A DNA stretch of 63,818 nucleotides, filler included, from Kipferlia bialata (Eukaryota), in assembly GCA_003568945.1 (NCBI GenBank). It is 6 parts of 6 records of this genome, joined end to end, with 100 filler letters (N's around TTAATTAATTAA, not from the genome) between each part and the next. Parts side by side here need not be neighbours in the genome. Positions count along the whole stretch, not along the records: positions 35,009 to 46,561 come from BDIP01001226.1; positions 46,662 to 58,209 come from BDIP01001228.1; 4 more parts are not named here. One strand, written 5' to 3'. The notes under the pieces were generated by a model. The model saw only the letters and a program-made list of their open reading frames with translations, ran no database searches and had not been told where the DNA came from. A program made the position numbers and the translations under genes. Below are positions 40,050 through 52,895 of this stretch, piece after piece. Position 1 is the stretch's first letter. The number at the start of each line of letters is the position of its first letter.

Positions 40050-43000
40050 GTAAGTACTGTAAACATCAAACTGCCCAAGCAGGTGGGGGAGGGTGTATCC
40101 AGATATTCAGACCAGCACCATGTCTACTATGTATATGTAGTATGTATTTGTAGTATATATGTATATGTATATACATAGTGGCAGTGTGACTCCAACTGGC
40201 CAAGCAGGTTAGGGAAGATGTACATTTACAACACAGATATACATTGATACACAATTTATGACAGAGAGCATTTGACCCTTTCCTTTACCTGTGCAGAAGA
40301 CTAGCATGTTATGTGTATATAGGGTATATATATTGGAAGAATGCTAATATCAGACCATCACCAGTGCCAAGCCCACCAATATATGTATATATATAGAGAA
40401 AGAGAGAGAGAGTATATGTATGTATGGAGTGTATATGTGAAGTGAAAATATGGGAAGTTGCTGATCCAGTGCCAAGCCCACCAATATATTATATATATAT
40501 ATATACATGTATATATATGGATGCGACATACCCTTTCTCTATGCAGGCCAAGACCTTGTAGTAGTAGTACATTGGATATATTCGTAATAACCCTTATGCC
40601 AGACCAGCACCAGTGCCAAGCCCACCAACGTGTGTGGTGTCCTGCCTGCATGTTTCCAGGGACTGAGGAGACTGTCCATTCTGTCACAGTACAGGTACAA
40701 TGGTATATATGTACTATATACACATTACACTATATACTATAAATACTACATATAGTGTGTGTTCACATGTATACTGTATAGTGTCTGATATTGATACTGT
40801 CCATTCTGTCACAGTACAGGTACAGTGTATATATATATAGTACATCCACTGTATATCCATACTAACACCCTAGGTCCATGCTGCAGTCCATGGACGGCCT
40901 GTCCTTCTCATCTCTCTCTCTCTATATATATATGTGTGTGTGTATATCTATATAGATATGTGTCCTCACCCCCAGGTCCATGCTGCAGTCCATGGACGGC
41001 CTGTCCTTCTCCTCTGTGATAGATGACAGCATAGCCATACTCCTCAGGCAGATAGAGAAGGGGGTGCAGGTATATATATAGTGTATATATATATTTATAT
41101 ATATACATGTATGTATATATATATGGTATGTATATTTAGTGTGATAGATGACAGCATAGCCATACTCCTCAGACAGATAGAGAAGGGGGTGCAGGTATAT
41201 ATAGTATATATATAATATATATAGTATATATATATATATGATATGTATATATATATATATGACAGCATAGCCACACTCCTTGGACAGATAGAGAAGGGGG
41301 TGCAGGTGTGGAGGGGGTATAGTCTGTATGTATACGGTATACTTCTTCATGTATATGCATACCCACCCCAGGACCACAGGGACATGGATATTTATATTGA
41401 CTCCAGATATGTATGTGTGAGTGCAGTATACAGTTGTCTATACTACTGGATGTCTATCTCTATTGTGAGAGTGTGTATGAATATGTGTGTTTTGTGTATA
41501 TACTCCTATGTACATACCCACCCCAGGACCACAAGGACCCTGTGGCCAGAGGGGTGTTCCAGCTCAACAACATCAGCTACATCAGGTGGGGGTATATATG
41601 TATAGTGCATAGATTGAGTATGGATGGATAGGTATTACATACATAGTATTATTCTTTGCCTATATGAATGTGTATTGTATGACATATGTTATTATACCCC
41701 AACCCACCAGGACCACGCTCCAAGAGCATCCATACCAACATCATATTTCATGTATTTGTGCGTCTTTGTGTGCATATGTATTGACACATACCCTGACCCT
41801 CCAGGACCACCCTCCATGAGCACTCCTCCCTGTCACTCGGGTCAGACAGCCTCAGGTACCAGTCCTTCTTACACTAGACTCCTGTACACTTACATTCTCG
41901 TCGTTGGATCCATATAAGTGTATGATACTATACTATAGTGTAGTGACAGTCCCTGGGGTCAGACAGCCTCAGGTACACACTGTGTATAGAGTGTATAGAG
42001 TACATTTTTGTATATATATAGTATGTATACTGCCTCTTGGGTCAGACAGTCTCGAGGTACGGATAATGGTGTATTTGTTTTATGTAGAAGATGTGTTTGA
42101 AAGGAGGTTATACACATATGTGACCCCAGGCGTGCCCTGGATGCGAGGCTGGACTCCACCCTTGACACATACATAGACCAGTGCTGGGCAGGGGCAGTCA
42201 ACTACCTGAGTGTGGAGAAGGTGTGTATACACATATAGAAATATATATATGACATGTACAGATGGTATAAAGTAATATACATATAGATTATGGATAGTAC
42301 TATTAGAGTATATCTACTTGAGTGTGGAGAAGGTGGGTGGGGTGTGTATTGTAGCACTATGTATGTATACCCCCATGCCTCTGAACGTCTGTGTCTCTCT
42401 CTTTGCACACATACAAGTCCTCCCCCCCAGATCCACGCTGTGCTTGAGAGGACTGACCCCTCCCTGGGTGGCACAGTGGGGTCACCATCACCAGACATGG
42501 AGGACAGGTATGGGTGTATGTGTATCCATGTATATATGGATAGAGATGTATACTCTAAATACATGGTGGGGTCATCCCCAGACATGGAGGACAGGTATAT
42601 ACATCTATGGATATACATGTGTGTGTATCTGTCTGTCCATGTATATCTGTTGATTCATATGTATACGCTGGTGGGATCACCATCCCCAGACATGGAGGAC
42701 AGGTGTGGAGGCATATATGGATATGGTTGTATGTATATATACATTAACTTCATGCCCCCACCCCAGTGAGACTGAGCCCCTGGTATTGATGTATATATGT
42801 ATGGGTAGATATACTATATTTTGTATATATGTATGGGTATCCCTCCCACCCCAGTGAGACTGAGCCCCTGGGTGCTGTCACCAGAGAGTCATCCCTGGTA
42901 GATGACACAGACAACCAGGTGTGGATATAGATGTATGTATATTAGAGAGAGAAGGGAGAGAGAGAGAGAGAGAGAGAGAGTGTGTGTGTGTCATCCCTGG

Positions 43001-45621
43001 TGGATGACACGGACAACCAGGTGTGGATGGATGTGTATATATATATATATATATATAGTGTGTGTGTATAGAGAGGGGGAGAGAGAGAGAGAGAGTCATC
43101 CCTGGTGGATGACACGGATAACCAGGTATAGACGTGTTTAGACATATATATATATATTTGAAAGAGAGAGAGAGAGAGAGGGAGAGAGAGAGTCATCCCT
43201 AGTGGATGACACGGACAACCAGGTGTGGATATGTGTATAAATGTGTATGTATTATTGCATGTGTATTGTCAGAGGATGTCTTCACCCCCCACCCCAGACT
43301 CACAACGCAGAGTTCAGTGTCTCTCCCATTCTCTCTCTCTCTATATCTATCTCTATATATACACCCCACCCCACCCCCACCCCAGAGTGCCATCACCGAG
43401 TCCAGCCTCATGAGCAATGTGACAGCAATGAGCATGGCAACAGGTGTGGATACACACATATATATCTTTGAATTATAATGAATCAACCTGTATACGTGTA
43501 TATCTCTGTTCCATATTGGTGTATACCCCCCCCCCTCACCCCCAGCCAACATGTCCAAGGGCATATTTGTATATGTACATATGTATCTTCATGTGTGTAT
43601 ACCCCCCCCTTCCCCCAGCCAACATGTCCAAGGGCATATATGTATATGTGCACATATGTATATAGTGTATACGCGTGTGTATAATATCCACACCCCCACC
43701 CCCCAGCCAACATGTCCAAGGGTGAGGCCAGGAGGCACCTCAAGGCACACGCACTCACAAAGAAGGTACCGATACATGTTAGTATATATCTATATATATG
43801 TGTGTGTGTCTACACTCAAGGCACACGCACTCACAAAGAAGGTATAGACCCAACCTGTTCATGTGTACCTATACTGGTACTATATACTGTATATATACTG
43901 ATGCTGATACTCACCCCCAGGTCATCAAGACTGCCATGAGAGGGTTCCAGAGAGAGATTGCCCTGCTCAGCGAGAAGCACAAGGTGGGGGATGGTGTCTG
44001 TATACATATACATACATATATACACTCATATATACTAATACTGATACTGATATTGAGTGAGAAGCACAAGGTGAGGGATACCAGTCTCTCCCTTCCGTCT
44101 GTCTATATATATATCCCTCTAGCTCTCCGCTCACCCCCAGCTGTACCGCATCTCATTCCCCAGACACTGTGTATATGTATATATGTACATATATATATAT
44201 ATATGCATGTATCTGTATATGTATCTGCCTCAGTTCTATTCATATGCTCACCCCCAGCTGTACCGCATCTCATTCCCCAGACACTACATATGTGTATACT
44301 ATGTATGTACATATATATATATAGATATATATGCATGTATCTCTATGTATATCTGCCTCACCCCCAGCTGTACCGCATCTCATCCCCCAGACACTATGAA
44401 TATGTATATACTATATATATATATATATATATAGTTATATCTACATATGCTCACCCCCAGCTGTACCGCATCTCCTTCCTCAGACACTGTGTATATGTAT
44501 ATACTATATATGTATATATATATATGTATATATAGTATTATACTCACCCCCAGCTGTACCGCATCTCCTTCCCCAGACTATATATGTGTGTACTATATAT
44601 GTATATATATATATATATATATATGCATGTATCTGTATGTGTCTCTGCCTCACCCCCAGCTGTACCGCATCCCATTCCCCAGACACTACATATGTGTATT
44701 GATACATGTATATATATATATATATATATAGATATATCCCCCCACCCCTCACCCCCAGCTGTACCGCATCTCCTTCCCCCAGCTGAGTGTCAGGGTGGCA
44801 CAGACAGTGGCAGGGCATGTGGTGCAGAGGTGAAGACAATATATGTATATATATGCATATATATATTGTATATGCATGTATACTATACATACTATACTAT
44901 GTCAGAGTGGCACAGACAGTGGCAGGGCTCGTGGTGCAGAGGTATATACAGTGTATGTCTATATGTGCATTTGAGGTTAGAGAGAGAGAGAGAGAGTGTG
45001 TGTGTGTGTGTGGCTGGGTACGTAGTACAGAGGTATGTGGATGGAGTGTGTATACTCTTGACATGACTGCATACTCTTACCCCCAGATACGAACAGTACC
45101 GTCTGGTCTGTGAGAGTCACACCCTCTGTCAGATGCCATTCAGAAGGTATAGAGGGGATATATATATGTACATATATATATATATATATATACAGTATAC
45201 AGTATATACTATTGTCACACCCTGTGCCAGATGCCATTCAGAAGGTGTGGCATATGTATATAAAGTAGTCAGCGACTGTGTGTATTTGGCTGTAGTTATG
45301 TGGAAATATGGGATAGTGTTGTGCTCTGTGCAAGTGACACTCATATATTTCTGCATCGACTACGTATGACACGTGTAGCACCCTGGATATGTACTATATG
45401 CAATGAGTGTTTTGAATATGTACCCATATTGCATGCAAAATACTCTCACCCTAGGTATGACACGTGTGGCACCATGGATGTCCTGAATACTAATATATAT
45501 GTATATATATTTATTAGTATGTGATGTGTGTATGGTATGATGATATGTGTGCACTGACCCCAGGTATGACACGTGTGGCACCATGGATGTGCTGGAGAAT
45601 GAGATCAAGAGGATGTTCTAG
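37281..45621 (+). CDS. EXOC7: Exocyst subunit Exo70-like (5'-truncated, ~19 exons)
   Basis: DPVARGVFQLNNISYIR (Exo70 FLxNNxxYI), YIDQCWAGAVNYL, VIKTAMRGFQREIALLSEKHK|LYRISFPQLSVRVAQTVAGHVVQR|YEQY, and C-terminal MDVLENEIKRMF-TAG follow the order of Exo70 C-terminal motifs. Confidence 0.7.
44130..44775 (+). repeat. Tandem array of 7 copies of acceptor + exon start (CTCACCCCCAG|CTGTACCGCAT...), ~100 bp period
   Basis: Copies at ~44130, 44247, 44357, 44450, 44543, 44649 and 44748. Only the last continues into the full exon and donor. Confidence 0.95.
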
Positions 45622-46509
45622 TTGTTGCGGAGGGAGGAAGAGAGCAGATGACTGGCTATCTGTTGGCGGTAGACCCCTTCCTTAGCCATACACTTGGGAC
45701 AGTTAAGACGCTTATCAGAGATTATTGTCCCTGTGAATAGACCGATGAGGACTAGCAATGTGTATTTGTAAGTCCTGTTTCAACCTGTCGTCGTCACTGA
45801 CCATCGTTGCACCAGCCCCCCCCTCAAGATCCGAAAATTTGGAATAATTGTTCCGGTCCCACCTCAGTTATTCCTGGGTCACTTTAAAGAAGGGGTCGAG
45901 ATGGATAGAGTCACTAACTGGGTATAGGATGCTTGATTGAGACAATCTGCCAAACAATATCTCTATTCCGAAACAGACAAAAAACTTCAAAGGGTCTATT
46001 GACCAGCCACCGGTACCGGTACCGTTTTCATATCAGCAGCTACTGTGGCTAGAGGCGTACGGGACACTGTACGACAGTACTGAGCAAGGGCTGCTTACCC
46101 TTGTTCCACCGATACACCCTCGACTGCCCTCTGAGGGAAGAGTGATACCCCAGTACCCAGTGCCTGATATATATATATAGATGTCCTGTGGTGTCAGTGC
46201 GCTGCCTGACATGAGTGAGGACCCGGCAGACGCCCTGCTGCTGTACACACAGGTGGGTGATGAGGGCATTATGGATAGTATGAGTGCATCTTGGTATCAT
46301 GTTCATATCCCATGGATTGTCCATTCTATGCTATCTTCTATGTTTAGTGCTTGTGTGGGTGTCACATGCCCACTGATGGCTTGTGATATCTTTAGTAGCG
46401 CATATTGTTGCATCATCCGTTCATATAGTGCATATGGAGGTGTATTCATATGAGGCAGCTGTATCGGTACCGGTACCGGTACCGACTTTTCAAGAATCGA
46501 GATTTAGAC

Positions 46510-46560
<51 letters not shown>

Positions 46561-46561
46561 C

Positions 46562-46661
46562 NNNNNNNNNNNNNNNNNNNNNNNNNNNNNNNNNNNNNNN
46601 NNNNNTTAATTAATTAANNNNNNNNNNNNNNNNNNNNNNNNNNNNNNNNNNNNNNNNNNNN
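46562..46661. other. Artificial scaffold linker
   Basis: N44-TTAATTAATTAA-N44. Confidence 0.97.
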
Positions 46662-49465
46662 TCTTCTTGGGAGTCTTCTTGGGAGTCTTCTTGGGAGTCT
46701 TCTTGGGAGTCTTCTTCTTGTGAGTCTTCTTCCTGTCCTTCTTCTTGGGGGTCCTCATCTTCTTATCCTCCTTGTTCTGCGTGGGCTTCTCTGTCACCGC
46801 AAATGGCACAGACTGGAGTGAAGGGCCAACTCTGTCCACCAGAGCACTCTCATACGCCTCCTTGTGCTCGGACACGAACATTAGGATGACGTCAACGTTC
46901 TGGGCTACTCTGGGGACAACGTCGTCCACGATGTCCAGCTCCATGTTCTCTCCCACAGGGATATACTCCTGAACAAACAGCATCCTAGCAGTAGATGGCA
47001 GGACTGGGTTTTCACCCCCATGCACCTCTTGGGGGGTCATCTCCGAGAAGGCAACCTTGAAGGCACTAAAGAGAGAACTACGCAGACCGGCCTTTGCTTC
47101 CAGGAGATATACCAGCTTGGGCGTGCTGTCGTAGATGAATCCATCGTGTGAGGCATTCCGGCGAGATGGGTAGAGATTGGCCAGGGTATAGCCAGGGACC
47201 AGTACGGGGTTGACAGCCCGCAGCTTCGCCCCCACCACAGCGATATGAAGCAGTGGCAAGGGAAGCCGTTTCACCGACACGTCCCGGTACCATGCTTCAG
47301 CCCCATAGATCCCTGCAATCTCTTCCATGAGGTTGCCAACGGTGCCAGTGATGTGTTGGCACCTATCACCGTTGACGTAGTCGACCAGGTCCAGCACCAC
47401 CTTTTGTGCTGAGCCTAGTCTCTTGTGTAGCATTTGGCTCTCGCATACAGCATGGCACAGAAGGAATCAACTTCGTAAAGCAGGCCCTTAACCATCTCTG
47501 GAACAGCAGCGAAAGTACCAGCAGTGACAAGGGCATTAGACACTCTCAGTATCATCTCCTCGCCCTTGGCAGACGCGCCAATCTGACCAAGGACGTATAG
47601 AGCAGCCACAGACACCATGGGTACACATACGGGGTAGTCGATGCGTAGAGGCGGCAGTGGAGAGGCTTGAGTGACGCTCTTCGGTCCCAGCTGTGTCCCA
47701 AGTGGATCTGTGCATGGAGGTGTCCCAAAGCCATGGTGGACAAGAGCACTGAATACGTCATATGACAGTACACTGCGGCTGCCAAGGGATCCACCTAGCA
47801 GAGGAACAATGGCAGCCAAGACACTCTCGGCGCCCATTGATGCCCCCCTAGACCCCACTCGGGATTTCACACACTTAAGGACCGCCTTGAGGCCCTTGTA
47901 CATTGTGGACTGGTCACAGAAGGATGAAAGTATGATGGGGGATCCCGTGAGCAGAGCAACGAGTCTGTCCAGTCCTGCCTTGTCTCTAGGGAGCCCTGTC
48001 ATTTGGCCAGCAAGACTGTCAAGCACAGCCCGTACCGTGGCCTCATTGACATATGTGTCCACAAAAAGGACCTGGTGGCAATGGGGCGCTGCGTATGATG
48101 GTCCCCAAGTGGAGCTGCGAGAACCACGCGAGTATGTCGTGATGGTGGCTGTGGTGTCATTGAGAATGGCGGCTGAGTGGTACCCCTTACATGCCTCTCG
48201 CAGCCATAGGGCAACACTGACAGATGCCTCTCTTGTGACCATGAAGCTGGCAAGTGCAAGGTCCGTGTTGGGACCAAACATGCCATGCCAGCTGCTTAGG
48301 GCCTCGTCGAGAATGACGAACACCGGCTTTACCCCATGCTTCTTCAATGCCTCTAGAAGGGCTGCCCTGACCCGGTCACAATATCCCTTCAGTGCGGACA
48401 CGGGCAGGAAACGGCCGCCAGGCATGCACTCCTCCATGTGCTCCATGAACGTTACATCGAAGACCTTGTTCATCGTCTTCTCTCCTGTCACAATGTCAAG
48501 GATGGAGTGGAGAGTAGCGTACTGTACACTCTGGTACTCTGGCTGCTCCTGCACATGTGAGTGGAACCCACTCTCATCGTCACCCTCCATGACCTTGAGT
48601 GCATTGACATCAAGGCCTTCAAAGTAGGACTTCAAAGGATACCGAATATTCTTGGTACCCTGGCACAGAGGGAGGAAGACAACATGCCCATACTGCTCAA
48701 GGAACAGCATCCCAGTGGTCTTCCCACAACCCGAGTGTCCAACAACTTCAATGAGAGCCACATCCTCACCCCCTGCAGCCTCGACAATGCGCCTGGTGAT
48801 GCTGATGTTCTGGATGTCCATGGATCCATTTCTGCCGCGTTGGCGCCTCATGAACTCGCAAGCATAGCGAGAGAGCATGGTGGATGTTAGCCGCTCTGGA
48901 CTAGTCTCACTGTCGGAGGACATATCCGTCAGCACTGGTCCATTCCTTTCCTGGCGATCAGACACCACTCAAACCATCCTCACACACGTCGTAGAGAGAA
49001 GCAATATCGAGGAGGACAATATACTATCAACCGGTGTAGAGATTAACGGTATCATTGAATATGAAACAGTACAATGCCATCATTGAGCAACACGCCTACC
49101 CGATATACTTGGTCTATATGTATTTGCATAACAGACCCACCCACGGGAGGAGGAGTGGAGTAGGTTGAGAGAGAGTCAGACTCAGATACAACAGCAGTAA
49201 AGTCTACATATTTACGGGTTCGAGGTACCTGAAGGGACCGCACAACGGCCTCGTGCAGCTTGATCTTCCACAAAGTCTTCCACTTGGTATTCTGAAAGGA
49301 GCACTTCCTCCTGTCGGGGTCTCCCAAGAGGTACACAAGATCTTTCACATTCGCCACACCTTCCCTCTTTCTCAGAAACTTGCAAACCTTTGCACATTCC
49401 TTAGCATCCTTAAAACCGGCCTTGGTGACATAGTCCTCGAGGGTCATATCGATGGGGGGATCCAT
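46662..49465 (-). pseudogene. SAM-like header + P-loop NTPase + PD-(D/E)xK nuclease + TPKK-repeat tail (Crinkler/RHS-like architecture), with a frameshift at ~47415-47433
   Basis: Exon 1 is 49465-49109; the intron 49108-48951 (gtatat...ctgatcgccag) joins in phase. Walker A GHSGCGKT, Walker B VFVILDEA. After the frame change: HDGFIYDSTPKLVYLLEAKAG and KKTPKKTPKKTPKK, running off the scaffold. Confidence 0.65.
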
Positions 49466-49821
49466 CACCCTTGCCTTGTTAGGTAGTGTAGGCGGATATC
49501 AGTGGCAGACAGGTGTATATGTCGCACGTGAATGGGGTCCCGGCTAGAGTGAGTGACAGTAGGATGAGAGGGAGGGGTGGAGGTGGATAGAGAGGCAGAG
49601 TGATTCACAACTGAGGGGCAAGAGTGTGAAAGAATGTATACAGGGGAGAGAGGATGGTGAGGCTGTACACCAGAGACATTAAGAGAAGAATCATTGACAA
49701 TAGATAGACACCACACACCTTGACGAGGCCTGAGTGAAACAGGGGTCCCAGCAGGTGGGTCCAGCCTGGAGTGAGAGAAGCCATGGAAGAGGGAGGAGAC
49801 TCTTTGTAGTACTGGGGAGAA

Positions 49822-49856
<35 letters not shown>

Positions 49857-50133
49857 GTTTGGGGGGGGGGGGGGGGGGGGGGGGGCATATGACCATTAAG
49901 GGACTTCCGGCCTTGTTCGGCAGATAGACAGAGAACACATCTACTTGACAGTACATACTTTGGCTATATAGAGCTTGCTAGTCTATTCCTTATTGTTACA
50001 TGGTGTTTCTGTCCCAGCTACACGAGTCCCCAATGGTGAGTGTCTATAGGGGGAGTCATGGGTAGGGAGAGAGTCAGTCTAGGGGGGGTAAGCATATATA
50101 TAGAGAGAGTGTACTCGCTCTCTCTATACATAT

Positions 50134-50256
50134 CTATGCATACATCTGCCCAACTGGGCCAGGTGCATTGACAGCTGTGACCTGTCCAGCTAATACGGCC
50201 ACAAGACGGTCGTAGTCACTGGGAGTCAGTAAGGCAGACACTATATCAGAGAGAGA

Positions 50257-50287
<31 letters not shown>

Positions 50288-50460
50288 GTCGCATGCGACG
50301 GGGATTAGTCAAGTCAGAGAGCAGGAGACATGGGGATGATATGATAGATATACTCGAGTACACCAATGTGCCGGAATACCCAGGAGAAGGGAGCTGCGTG
50401 ATGTGGTATAAGCACAGCATCACATGATGATTATAACGTAGTGAAGCCCCCCCCCCCCCA

Positions 50461-50499
<39 letters not shown>

Positions 50500-51005
50500 C
50501 CTCACCTAGGATTGGCTGTGATCTCAATGGTCGACCTCCCCTTGATGACCGTGACGTGTATCTCCCTCTTCTCGTCATCCAGTCTCACGCACTGCATCTG
50601 TGCTGACCCCTGCCAGGGTGTGACGTGTAAGAAGGGCGTCTTGCAGCCAGAGAAGGCAATGATGAAGCGGGAGGGTGTGATGGCAATGGAGCCCTGGTAC
50701 CTGCTCCTCTTGTACTTGCAAAGAGACCTGGCCACCCACTTGCAGTCAAAGGAGTGGTCGAGGAACAGGGCACCCCCATCCTGGGCCACCTGGAATAAGG
50801 CAAAATACAGTAGTTATGGTACATGAGATAGGGGATAGGAGAGGTGGTAGACAGTCGAGCACATGTATCCGCGAGAGAGATATGGACAATGCCGTTGCAG
50901 TTTGGAAGGATCAGATTGAAAGAACACAAGTATAAAAACAATACCCATCCATGTACGTACCAGTTGGTTGACGTATATGTTCCCGGAAGATGGCACAGCT
51001 CCCAT
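50134..51005 (-). CDS. Small (~140 aa) protein with putative N-myristoylation signal and PH/GRAM-like beta-rich domain
   Basis: MGAVPSSGNIYVNQL|VAQDGGALFLDHSFDCKWVARSLCKYKRSRYQGSIAITPSRFIIAF...IEITANPS|DYDRLVAVLAGQ...QMYA-TAG. Three exons with canonical junctions. Confidence 0.7.
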
Positions 51006-51199
51006 TACTGACACCTTGAAGAGAAGCGATGTTGCGTCGATCACTGACAACTCAAAAATAGCATCTGCACCCTTACGCTCAGAGTTAAAAATAGATTTCA
51101 CACTAATACGGGTCTAAATATAGTATGTATAGTTAACGCGTAAGTAGAGGCCTTGGAGAGAGTATATATAGTGCCTGTACCAGTAATTATTATATATAT

Positions 51200-52736
51200 C
51201 TATATCATCCCGCCGTTGTCTGTCGCCTCGCGTAGACACTCCTGCGCGTACACATCACCATTCGCCGCGTCATAGAAGTACCCTCCCAGGTGCTGTTCCC
51301 TGCATAGTGCCCATTCCAGTGAGGTGTCAGGATACATCCACCCGGGTGGCCACATGACTGTACCTGTGTGGGGGCCTGCTATCATGTTGCCGCAGCCATC
51401 GTCTATGCCACTCCCTCCACTGACTGTGTTGAAGAGTCCCCTTGATGAGAACTCACCAGAGATGGTGTCCAGAGCATAGACCTCGTTGAAGTCACCGAAG
51501 GTGAGGAGGAGACGTCCACACCGCCTCACGGCATTCGCACACTTGAGGTACCTGGTAATCTCGTGCGGGGGCCTGGATACCCAACCATGTCTGAAACTGA
51601 ACTCGACGAACTTTGGTACAGCCCCGGAAATTATAGCAGACACGTGATCTCCAAAGGGTACTGTCCCGTCTGAACCTCCATACTGTGCATTCCCGTAACT
51701 AACACAGGCTGGTGGCATGTCAGGATATCTCTGCCACACTAGAGAGTCGGGGTCAAAGGCCCAGATGTCAGAATACCCCAGGCAGTACGTTGGATGCTGG
51801 GAGTCACTTCCACTGTCGAGATCAGAATCTGACTGGGAAGAGGGTATCTCAGGCCATCCGCCAAAGAGGAGCAGCTGGTCATTGAGAGCAACACATTGTG
51901 GGTGGCCTCTATCGGAGGGACATTCTCTCTCTCTCTCTTGGCCCCCCGCAGACACAACCCGCCACTCGAGAGATCCCAAGTCAAGCATGTATAGTACACC
52001 CTTGAACGCTTTGGCGATCGCTATAAGGTAGCCCCCAGCAGCGACGTAGCTTACATAGCCAGTTAGTTCGGTTAAGACAGGGTGGAGCTCTGCCCTCTCC
52101 TCCTCTTCAAGAGCAGAGTCCGGGTCTCTCCTGCACAGAAAGACTGCCTCTCTCACATGTATCTCCACCAGTCGGTTGGGGTCAAGCAGGATGATAGGCC
52201 TTCTCCTATATCCAAAGCCAGTTCTCTTTGCAAGAGCCTCGTCATCTAGGGCAGCTAGGGCAGGCTCCTCTCTAGTGGGTATGGGATGGGGGAGGGCCCA
52301 TTCTGACTCATCCCCAATCACCATGAACTCCTCCTCTGGGGGAGGGGGTCTGGGGGTGAGTAAGAGGGGAGGGACTGTAGGTAGAGGTGGGGGTCTGGGG
52401 TTTAGACAGTAATATGAACACACCGGATATGAAGAGAGAGAGAAAGATGAGGTGGGGTCTGAGGTTTGGAGAGTGACACTTAGCAACTTAGAGCTGCCGC
52501 CAGTAGCTGCGACATGCCACAAAGAGGAAGATTATAGAATGAAGTGTATGCGAACACTACACATCATATTGTGGCAGTACAATGTTGCCAGGTTAGAGAC
52601 ATAGTAGCACGTAAGGTTTATAAAGTCTAAAGATGTATGGTATATATACTAACTGCAGAGTGTTACTGTCTCTGACATGACCCCACCTCTGAGCCTGTGG
52701 CATCTCTACAGACACCTCACTGTAGCTGTACTCATC
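51200..52736 (-). CDS. Kelch/galactose-oxidase-type beta-propeller protein (5' end uncertain)
   Basis: Long last exon with LYMLDLGSLEWRVV, LLLFGGW and DIWAFDPDSLVWQRYPDMP. Acceptor ctcacccccag at ~52351-52361; probable upstream exon DEYSYSEVSVEMPQAQR. Confidence 0.75.
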
Positions 52737-52848
52737 CTGACATATAAGACCAATAAGACAATACGCAACAGTGCAATAAAAAGATATATATATATGAGCG
52801 AAAGGAGAGACACCGCTGAGCAGTAAAATGAATCCAAGGCGGCGGCGG

Positions 52849-52895
<47 letters not shown>

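Noticed and set aside
44130..44775. CRISPR-like repeat-spacer appearance of echo arrays (also 3059-3840)
   Set aside because: The repeats are exon/splice-site copies, the spacers are related TA-rich microsatellites, no cas genes are present, and the context is eukaryotic.
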